IMG/VR virus record: IMGVR_UViG_3300037010_003311 | Coordinates: 62,001 to 126,000 of that record | Strand: one strand, 5' to 3' | Length of the DNA stretch: 64,000 bases | Shown: positions 56,551 through 64,000 of the stretch, in pieces | How the letters are laid out: the number at the start of each line of letters is the position of its first letter | Position numbering within the stretch: position 1 is the first letter of the stretch | The notes under the pieces: generated by a model | What the model saw: only the letters and a program-made list of their open reading frames with translations | The model's database searches: none | Told to the model about the DNA's origin: nothing | Position numbers and translations under genes: made by a program

Positions 56551-57597
56551 TTATATTCCTGGAAGAGTTGGATATTTACTGAAGTCTACACTTTCATTGG
56601 TATGGTACTCATTTTTAAGTAGCTTTTGTAAAGTATCTAAATCAATAGTTGCTCCACAAGCGTTACGATGGCCACCTCCACCAAATTTTTTAGCATAAAC
56701 CGAAGCATCACATAATGTATCTAAACTACGGAATGAAAGTACTACCTTTAAATCATCTGTTATAAAATACATCAACGCTGGTTTATTTGTAAGTTTACAG
56801 AGTTCATTCCCTACTTCTGAAATATTTTCGGTTAGATTCAAGCATACAAATTCTTCTGAATCAATAGTTATAGTTCTATATTTTTTAACTTTAGATGCAA
56901 CTGCTTGGTCTTTTACTCTTAATAGAGTTGCACCAATTTTAATGGCCTCATCCAGATCAAAGTTATCTACTAGATCTAAGAATGATTCTAAATTATTTGG
57001 AACAACTGAATATCTTAAATATTCAGAAACTTCTTTTGAATGAGCCAATGACCAGTTCCAAAGATCCCTATCCTGGATATAATCAGAAATAATATCCATA
57101 TTGCGCAGTCGTTTAACTTCATGTAATTTATTGGAAGTTGCAAAATAATCATAAGTAATTTTGGCACCCGAACGGTTCATATCAAATACTAATTCTAAAT
57201 TTTCAATCCCTGAATTTTCTAACTCTTTTAAATTGGCTTCCGCTGTTTTATGATGATCAAGAATGGTTACTGAGTTAAACTTAGTTGTGAGATCTTTTAT
57301 AATTTCGGGGGAAGCACTAAAATCTAAAAAGAGTAAATCAAAACTTTTGCTCATGTCATTTGCTAATACTTCATAGATATCTTCACCATACTGTATAGGT
57401 AAACATTTATATGATATTTCCATATCAATGAAATAGCTTTCTGCTATAAATGCCGCAGCTAATCCATCCATACAATTTTTATGATATAAGACTGTAACTT
57501 GTGGTGGGCATGGTAATGACTGCTCCAAACTATGAACATACCTCACAATATCACTGATTCTATTTACTGATAATTGTCTACCTTCATATGTACTCAT
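56551..57597 (-). CDS. DHH/DHHA1 phosphoesterase
   Basis: YHKNCMDG, FLDFS, LDHH, DRDLW, GGGHRNACG. Confidence 0.92.
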   Translation of the reverse strand: MSTYEGRQLSVNRISDIVRYVHSLEQSLPCPPQVTVLYHKNCMDGLAAAFIAESYFIDMEISYKCLPIQYGEDIYEVLANDMSKSFDLLFLDFSASPEIIKDLTTKFNSVTILDHHKTAEANLKELENSGIENLELVFDMNRSGAKITYDYFATSNKLHEVKRLRNMDIISDYIQDRDLWNWSLAHSKEVSEYLRYSVVPNNLESFLDLVDNFDLDEAIKIGATLLRVKDQAVASKVKKYRTITIDSEEFVCLNLTENISEVGNELCKLTNKPALMYFITDDLKVVLSFRSLDTLCDASVYAKKFGGGGHRNACGATIDLDTLQKLLKNEYHTNESVDFSKYPTLPGI

Positions 57598-58391
57598 TCA
57601 ACATCCTTTGATTTTTTAACACACTCAATTACTGCATCAACTTGACAAGTTATATATTCATGCGAGTCTTCGGTGTATGGTATGGTCATATTAATTAAAT
57701 AATCGAAACCAAAATATTCTAAAGCAAATTCTGATATATGATAACCATCTTCTTTCTCTTTATTAATAGCTGAGTTCAAAATTTTTACACAATAAACACT
57801 ATGAATACTTTCATCAACTAAACCACTGTACTCTTCCGGAAAGCGAAAATCGTTTACCAATATAAGTTTTTTAGTGCTTCTATTAACCGCGGTAATTACA
57901 AGTTGAGTCCATACTTCTTTAGTAAATACCAGTTTCCATATTTCACCAATTTGTCTAGTCAACTGTTTAATAGACATATGTAATTGTTCTGGAATCTCAT
58001 GCTCCAGTCTATAACCAGTTCCAAGGATATGGTTTAGAATAGCAAGTAGCCCCATTTTATTATATTCGAACCCTTTTTGACTAAGTCTTATAGCGGTATC
58101 GTTTATACAATCATTGATACGGTGCAGAATACCGGCACTATTAAAAGTATAAAGATCATTTAATTCTGTATCGGGGATATCCGTGATATCCATATTCATA
58201 AGTTGGGAAGCATAATTTTTTAGAAAAAATGCAAACTGTAGAGTTTCTAAATCATTTTTATCTTGTTCGAAGATTTTAGTTAAAAATAATCTTTCCTTTT
58301 TCTCACCACTTAATAAAATAATTTTTTTATATCGATCTTTAACTAGTGGTACTGGTGATACTGGTAGGGGGTCATTTAAATCATTATGCAT
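57594..58391 (-). CDS. Deoxynucleoside-monophosphate kinase-like protein, degenerate P-loop
   Basis: KIILLSGE.., FAFFLK, RQIGE..., LVNDFRFPEE, SEFAL; Walker A GKS/T/D absent. Confidence 0.65.
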   Translation of the reverse strand: MHNDLNDPLPVSPVPLVKDRYKKIILLSGEKKERLFLTKIFEQDKNDLETLQFAFFLKNYASQLMNMDITDIPDTELNDLYTFNSAGILHRINDCINDTAIRLSQKGFEYNKMGLLAILNHILGTGYRLEHEIPEQLHMSIKQLTRQIGEIWKLVFTKEVWTQLVITAVNRSTKKLILVNDFRFPEEYSGLVDESIHSVYCVKILNSAINKEKEDGYHISEFALEYFGFDYLINMTIPYTEDSHEYITCQVDAVIECVKKSKDVE

Positions 58392-58424
58392 CGTTTATCC
58401 TTTGTAAATTTAATTACCCTATAT

Positions 58425-58435
58425 ATTTCTATATT
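58425..58435 (-). promoter_or_regulatory. AATATAGAAAT motif
   Basis: Exact 11-mer 34 nt upstream of 58391. Confidence 0.6.
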
Positions 58436-58476
58436 ATATTAAATAGTAGGTTAACTATAATCACCATTTTAGAATG

Positions 58477-58525
58477 AATTCCTTTTTCTGCGACAGGAAA
58501 CCGATGGGTGGGATTATCTCCCACC
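58477..58525. repeat. 49-bp direct repeat, copy 1
   Basis: AATTCCTTTTTCTGCGACAGGAAACCGATGGGTGGGATTATCTCCCACC; 48/49 identical to 59931-59979. Confidence 0.95.
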
Positions 58526-59928
58526 TATTCCAATTGAAATATATAATTCCCGGAATCCCAAATTATATTATATTGGCTCGGATTGCTATTATTTTGAAAT
58601 CCAGGTATTAATTTATAAGGATTTTTATTTTTCCAATAAAAAGAGTTGGGATAGCTTGTACCAATTTCTTGGAAACCAAGTCGTCGGTATAAGTTGCCAT
58701 TCGACCAGCGTCTATTTACATAGGTTTTAATGCTTCCCGTGTGATCAGCCCGAAATGCTTTAAGCAATCTGCTTGCTGCACCATGAACATTATAACCAAG
58801 CTTATTGCAAAAACGCATTAGCTCCCAATCTGCGCTTTTGTCAATTCCTTCTTTGCTGGAAGCAAAATTCATAATGCTAATGAGATCATCATTATAATAT
58901 AGACCATAAGCAATTGAACTTGAGCAGTAACCTTGTAAGTGATTAGCTTCTAGAAACGGTTTTATATCATATTTAGGTACCGGCTTAATAGTATGATCCT
59001 CGGCTTCTAGTTGTATGCTTCTACCAAGAGTGTTCTGGATTATCGATTTCCAAATATTTTGCTTGGTTTTATTTACCCATTCGTTTTCGAAGATATGAAA
59101 AAGTTGGATACCTTTAGTCTGGCATAATTTAGTTTTATGTAAATGTCTATTTTTGCAATAATTAAAATCATTCTGTTGTTTACAGGTATGTTTATTTTGT
59201 CCACAATAACTATGCCAATATATACCATTATATTCGATTGCTAAATTATAGTCAGGTATATAGATATCTAATTCTAATGGTTTTATAATAGATCTGGAAC
59301 CAAGTATTATCTTAGAATCAATTAAACTAGAAATATAATTATTTATCTCATCTTCTGCCAAACTTTGGTTATAATATTGTGAGACCCCAATATCTAATTT
59401 TTTTAATTGTTTATGTGCGGTACTCTGATTACATTTAAAATATTCGGTGCATTTAATTAAATGAAATCGGTCATTAATAATAAAATTCGATATCCAAAAA
59501 TTTTTATTGTTCCAATTTTTTTGAATGGTTATATCATTATTAAATTTTCTCAACTGTTTTTCATTTTTAATTTTTTTACTATTTGATGGATTAGAAGCTC
59601 CATATTTTATTAGACAAGTATCTTTAACTTTATCTTTAGTATTAGCTAGTTGTGAAATATATTCTACTCCATAATTTTTAGAACAGGTTTCTTTTCTTTT
59701 TTTAATCGATTCGATTTTTAAATCTTCTTTTATAATTTCTTTGCATTCAATAGAGCAATATTTTGTAAATCCATACCCAATCTTCCAAGATATAAAATGA
59801 TTACAGTTTGGGTTAGAGCATTTAGCTTGTTCAAAGCTTTTGCCACTTTTTAAAAATCTGGATATAAAAGTCCTATCCACTTTTTTATTAATATCTAGTT
59901 CTGGATAAAAATTTAAAAAATCTTGCAT
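58525..59928 (-). mobile_element. Hef-like homing endonuclease gene with C-terminal GNAT-like domain
   Basis: ELDIYIPDYNLAIEYNGIYWHS; FLEANHLQG; ELMRFC...GAASRLLK; flanked by 49-bp direct repeats. Confidence 0.85.
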
Positions 59929-59930
59929 CT

Positions 59931-59979
59931 AATTCCTTTTTCTGCGACAGGAAACCGATGAGTGGGATTATCTCCCACC
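59931..59979. repeat. 49-bp direct repeat, copy 2
   Basis: Contains the last codons and stop of 59968-60198, a hairpin, TCCTGTCG and the RBS of the endonuclease gene. Confidence 0.95.
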
Positions 59980-60198
59980 CATCGCTGAACCTAACGCTTT
60001 TGATTTTTCTTCTTTTATTGTGACTACTAATTTTTCGAACTCACGTTGTGCGAATATTGGTAGCGACATATATTCAGTAAACCCCATGTTAAAGTTTGCA
60101 TAAGCTTGCAACTCCTGGAAGTTTTTTATTGCTGACATCCAATGATTTTCGGATAAATTATAAGGCGTAAAAAGATGAGGCTTTACGAAAAAACTCAA
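59968..60198 (-). CDS. Baseplate hub assembly protein (T4 gp51-like)
   Basis: Small protein with FTEYMSLPIF..REF motif directly after the gp26-like gene. Confidence 0.6.
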   Translation of the reverse strand: MSFFVKPHLFTPYNLSENHWMSAIKNFQELQAYANFNMGFTEYMSLPIFAQREFEKLVVTIKEEKSKALGSAMGGR

Positions 60199-61129
60199 TT
60201 TCTGGGTTCACCGGCCACTTAAATTCCTTTCCACAGTTCACATTTTTACACATTTTGGATGCATAAAACTTTGGCTGATATTGAGCAAGACCCTCATAGC
60301 CGGAGATTGTTTCAATTAACTTTTCTAAAAGCACGATATTTTTAAGACCCATGATAAATGGATATATCTCTTCTTTAAGTTTTGTAAGTTTTATCACTAC
60401 ACCATCTTTATTTGAGATTGTTACAGATTTAATAAACATTATGAAAACAGAAAGTGTTTCAAATAGGTCATTATAATCTTCAAGATTTTGTCTTAATTCT
60501 TTATCATCTTTAATTGATAATACATCAAGTGAATCTTTTTCTGTTTGAAAACCCATCTCTATTTCAAAGCCTGGAGCAATAACTAAAGTTTCTTTAAAAT
60601 CGGTAAAGAGCATTTTCTTATCCCATTTCTTCGGTAGAGAATCTTTATGTAAGAGTTCATCCGGTCTAATGTTATGGATCTGTTTTTTATTGCAGTATGG
60701 GCACTCGAATTCTCGTTCACCTAAATCAGGATATGTTGCAAAAAGCAAGCCATAAGTTAGCATAGTTTTATCCGCTGAACCTAAATGCGCCATGAAATCA
60801 TTAATATCTTTAAATTTAATCTTGCCTTGAAAATCAGTATGGGCAAAAAGTATTTCATCAAATGCTTTAATAAATGTTTCACCACTCGCTTTTAAACTTT
60901 TGATATTGAGTTCTTCTAAACCTTTAATTGGTTTTACTAAAACCTTTGTTTTTAATAATGGTAAATCCACTTCGGTTTGGCGCCATTCACATAATGCATC
61001 TAATGCATTTAATGCGGTCATATATGCAGGAGCTGATACCGCTGGGGCGGTTTCCGAACCAGCTCCAGGGATACTACCAAGACCAGGTATCCCAAGATTA
61101 GCTAAGTCATTTTGTAGTTCTTCAATCAT
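60158..61129 (-). CDS. Baseplate hub protein (T4 gp26-like)
   Basis: V.LP..KTKV.VKP..G.EE, D...L.Y.L..ATY, CPYC and C-terminal CKNVNC. Confidence 0.7.
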   Translation of the reverse strand: MIEELQNDLANLGIPGLGSIPGAGSETAPAVSAPAYMTALNALDALCEWRQTEVDLPLLKTKVLVKPIKGLEELNIKSLKASGETFIKAFDEILFAHTDFQGKIKFKDINDFMAHLGSADKTMLTYGLLFATYPDLGEREFECPYCNKKQIHNIRPDELLHKDSLPKKWDKKMLFTDFKETLVIAPGFEIEMGFQTEKDSLDVLSIKDDKELRQNLEDYNDLFETLSVFIMFIKSVTISNKDGVVIKLTKLKEEIYPFIMGLKNIVLLEKLIETISGYEGLAQYQPKFYASKMCKNVNCGKEFKWPVNPEIEFFRKASSFYAL

Positions 61130-61180
61130 GATTTTCCTTTAAAATTTTAAATCTGTTTTTACAATTAGATACTAAAATGT

Positions 61181-61191
61181 ATTTCTATATT
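61181..61191 (-). promoter_or_regulatory. AATATAGAAAT motif
   Basis: Exact 11-mer 52 nt upstream of 61129. Confidence 0.6.
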
Positions 61192-61242
61192 TATTTTAGA
61201 TCGGCCTTTGGCTATTAGTTATTATAACGACAGTAGATGTCA

Positions 61243-63582
61243 TTATTGAGATGGTGCCATATTTCCATCTGGTTGAATTAAATTATCTTTTGCTTGCTCG
61301 ATAACATATTTCTTACCACCATCTTCTAATGAATCCCAATCTAATGTTGGAATGAATAATTCATACAATTGTTTAGGATTAATCATCATACCGCTAGATT
61401 TTAATAAGCCAATAATGTTGGTAATACTTGTTATAAGGGCTTCATTGCTTTGGACCTGTAATACAAGTGGTGGCGTCAGTTTCGTTTCTAAGTAACTACT
61501 TATATTAAAAGTATTTTTTGACTTACCATTCGCCTTTAAAAGCTCTGTAAATATAATAGATTGTAGTCTATTAATTCCTTCCTCGATATTCGATTGCCAA
61601 TTTAGAATATTATTTGCGAAACCAGTATTCATATTCACTAACTGTTCCCTCATATCAGCCTGGTCAGCTAAGCCTAGGAAAATTGATGGTACTCCAGTTG
61701 CTGCAACTAAATCTGCTTTAAGGTCGTTAGCATCATTTAACGGTAACGATCTGTCACCCATTGGTAAAATTTCCATATCAATAAAACTTTGACCATCGAT
61801 CTTAATTGTAGCGATGTCGCGGAAGTCGGTAAGCACATTACTTATATTTTTGATGTTGCTTAAGTTATCGAACGAAATACTTTTATTTTTAAGATCTTTC
61901 TTAACCGATTCAACTATCTCAGCATGATTCTTTTTAGAACCTGCTTCGATATTCCATTTACGTACAACTGAGGCTCTGCTTAAGCGTGATATAATCGAAC
62001 TTATGAGGGCTAATGTATATAATTTAACTGGTTGTACAATAGGGTCAAATATACTTGTTCCATACGGTGCATATTTATTAATTGGTGCTGAAAAGTTTAC
62101 TAAGTGGTTACTAGATAAGAATCTAAATTTTAATTTAGATTTCTCTTTAATTTTATTATAAAGAATAGATTTAATACTATATAGAGAATCATCTGGTAAT
62201 TTTAACTCATCAAAGTTAAAATTTTTATTCATTGTCTTAGAACGGCTTACTCGGATAATTTCTAAAATATTATCAGTAATAAACTTTGTCATTTTATCAA
62301 TGGCTTCTTTGGTATTCTCTCTTCCATCTTTAGTTGCGTTAGTTTTACCATCAGATAGGAAACGTTTATAGACATCGATTTCATTAGATTCTTTAGAAGT
62401 ACCATTATCTTCAATAATGATATAGCCATAAAGAATTGATTCGTCTTCAACTATAATAACTTTAGATGGATCAATACCGCGGAGCTGAATATCTTTTAGT
62501 TTATCTATATCTAAATCTTCTAGATCTTCAAAATTGTAATCTTCATCCTCTGGGTTGGCATTGTTATCTGTACGGTATTGGTCATTCAAGAATGAAAATA
62601 TATTATTCTCTTCTAGTAATACTTTTGGTTGGTTAGTTTTTAAAAAGGATTTTAATTTTAAACTGAAATCTGTTTCCGTAACGGCGCCACCATTCATACC
62701 AACGAAAGCGTTTTCGAGCAGCATAGGTTCATCCCCACCATCAACATTAAAACCAATAGCTTCAAATTCAAAAAGATCTTTATAATATGCATGCTCTTTT
62801 TTCAACTTTTCTGGAAAACTAGATTCCTGCAATAATTTGCTAGTATTAATAAAATTTTCTAGATTAGAAAAATTTACAATTTCCATAAAATAATTACCAT
62901 ACTTTAATGTTTTGGGGATAATAAAATTCTTTAACTTGTTTTCTAATTCATAATAAGAAAACATGGTTTTTAAAAGATTTTCATAATGTTTTTTAATCTG
63001 AGTTTGTTCATCGCGAAAAACCATATTTGGATTATCACCAATAAATAAAAATCTTTTGGTCTGAATATTCTTCACGAAGATATTTTGGATATAAACATCC
63101 TGCATACGGAACGCTATATAATTCAAATCTGGAATTTCATCGTAAATCTGATAACGATCTTTTCTGTCACCACTTATAATGAAATCATTAAAATTACCAA
63201 GTAAGTTACTACTACTAGTGTTTAAAAATTCTCTAGTCTGATCTTCTTCTTTTGTAATATTTGCATTAGTAGTTAAACCATTGCTAGTGCGAATTTGTTG
63301 TATAGATTTACTAAAATCTTCTATTTCAAATCTCTGTACTTTATTAGCTACCGAGGAAAATGAACCATTATTCGATATGACATCTTCATAAACCGATTTT
63401 AACGACTTATCAATATTATCAATAAGTTTCATAGAGTTAAGGCTATTTAGTATAGTTTGATGGGTTGGTATTGGATTACCATTAGCATCAACACCACCAC
63501 CACCAACACCAACATCGCCCAAACTATCATCACTTCCCAAATCTCCAAAACCCATATCATCAGCTTCCCATAATCGCATCAA
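61243..63582 (-). CDS. Portal protein (T4 gp20-like)
   Basis: RYQIYDEI; YGTSIFDP..QP.K.Y.L...S.I.SRLSRA.V.RKW.IEAG parallels T4-type YG.S.L...IYRI.RAPERR.F.ID.G. Confidence 0.82.
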   Translation of the reverse strand: MMRLWEADDMGFGDLGSDDSLGDVGVGGGGVDANGNPIPTHQTILNSLNSMKLIDNIDKSLKSVYEDVISNNGSFSSVANKVQRFEIEDFSKSIQQIRTSNGLTTNANITKEEDQTREFLNTSSSNLLGNFNDFIISGDRKDRYQIYDEIPDLNYIAFRMQDVYIQNIFVKNIQTKRFLFIGDNPNMVFRDEQTQIKKHYENLLKTMFSYYELENKLKNFIIPKTLKYGNYFMEIVNFSNLENFINTSKLLQESSFPEKLKKEHAYYKDLFEFEAIGFNVDGGDEPMLLENAFVGMNGGAVTETDFSLKLKSFLKTNQPKVLLEENNIFSFLNDQYRTDNNANPEDEDYNFEDLEDLDIDKLKDIQLRGIDPSKVIIVEDESILYGYIIIEDNGTSKESNEIDVYKRFLSDGKTNATKDGRENTKEAIDKMTKFITDNILEIIRVSRSKTMNKNFNFDELKLPDDSLYSIKSILYNKIKEKSKLKFRFLSSNHLVNFSAPINKYAPYGTSIFDPIVQPVKLYTLALISSIISRLSRASVVRKWNIEAGSKKNHAEIVESVKKDLKNKSISFDNLSNIKNISNVLTDFRDIATIKIDGQSFIDMEILPMGDRSLPLNDANDLKADLVAATGVPSIFLGLADQADMREQLVNMNTGFANNILNWQSNIEEGINRLQSIIFTELLKANGKSKNTFNISSYLETKLTPPLVLQVQSNEALITSITNIIGLLKSSGMMINPKQLYELFIPTLDWDSLEDGGKKYVIEQAKDNLIQPDGNMAPSQ

Positions 63583-63988
63583 TCATCCTTCTATTTATTT
63601 TTGCACTAGCTGTACCATTTGTATTATCTTTAAAATGCTCCATACTTTTATTGAATAGAGTTAAAAAGGTTTGGTGTATATATAATTGTAAGCCAGCTTT
63701 CGTATATACTTGTGCTAGGTTATCGATCAGTCTTTCATTAAGACTTGTACTAACATCAACAAAAAACCGTTGTTTAATCTCACTTAATACATTCTGGCTG
63801 ATATCTCGATCCATAATAATATTGGCTAAAAAATCATTCAATAAATAAAATTCAAACTTAGTCTTTAAATATCTATCAAAAAACTGCAAACTATTTTGAA
63901 GACTGGTATCGAATATCATACCCTCATGATATGGTAGCGGTTGAGGTTTGGCTCGATTAGAACCCCAAATTTTTTTAAAAAATTCCAT
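63560..63988 (-). CDS. Hypothetical protein
   Basis: 142 aa complete ORF overlapping the portal start. Confidence 0.7.
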   Translation of the reverse strand: MEFFKKIWGSNRAKPQPLPYHEGMIFDTSLQNSLQFFDRYLKTKFEFYLLNDFLANIIMDRDISQNVLSEIKQRFFVDVSTSLNERLIDNLAQVYTKAGLQLYIHQTFLTLFNKSMEHFKDNTNGTASAKINRRMIDAIMGS

Positions 63989-64000
63989 TAAAATTACCTT

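Noticed and set aside
6372-63848. Short ORFs antisense to or nested in long genes (e.g. 6372-6611, 22965-23186, 25026-25373, 27709-28065, 41461-41751, 54321-54593)
   Set aside because: Fully overlap well-supported genes, no RBS or motifs, typical antisense shadows
1-64000. Stop-codon reassignment (TAG or TGA)
   Set aside because: Long conserved genes are intact in code 11, and TAA, TAG and TGA all end well-supported genes
1-64000. CRISPR array, rRNA, tRNA
   Set aside because: No regularly spaced repeat-spacer units or cloverleaf/T-loop signatures seen by eye; a tRNAscan run would be needed to be sure

Overview
AT-rich, gene-dense 64 kb segment of a jumbo tailed-phage genome in the standard genetic code. 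Positions 1-36.3 kb are almost all + strand and 36.5-64 kb all - strand, converging on a cluster of hairpins. The + arm carries a tandem array of beta-helix repeat genes, a large rIIA-like GHKL protein, nucleotide and repair genes (two-part ThyX, QueD, SbcD, RecJ, RNase H, probable sliding clamp), four pieces of a phiKZ/AR9-type multisubunit RNA polymerase (beta'N, beta'C, betaN, betaC), a Qng1/DUF2419-like gene, a fragment of a family-B DNA polymerase, a GAT-QueC fusion and a circularly permuted SbcC/Rad50. The - arm carries tail/baseplate genes (PAAR, gp5-like spike, gp26/gp51-like hub), a T4-type portal, NrdAB, a PRTase, dimeric dUTPase, clamp loader, DHH phosphoesterase, dNMP kinase-like gene and a Hef-like endonuclease flanked by 49-bp direct repeats. 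ThyX, NrdA and dUTPase sequences and AAGGA-type RBSs suggest a Campylobacterota host (inference). Two recurrent non-coding signals stand out: an AATATAGAAAT motif upstream of operons and a hairpin+TCCTGTCG element at gene ends. No tRNA, rRNA or CRISPR array was recognised. All family calls come from motif recognition by eye, not database searches.
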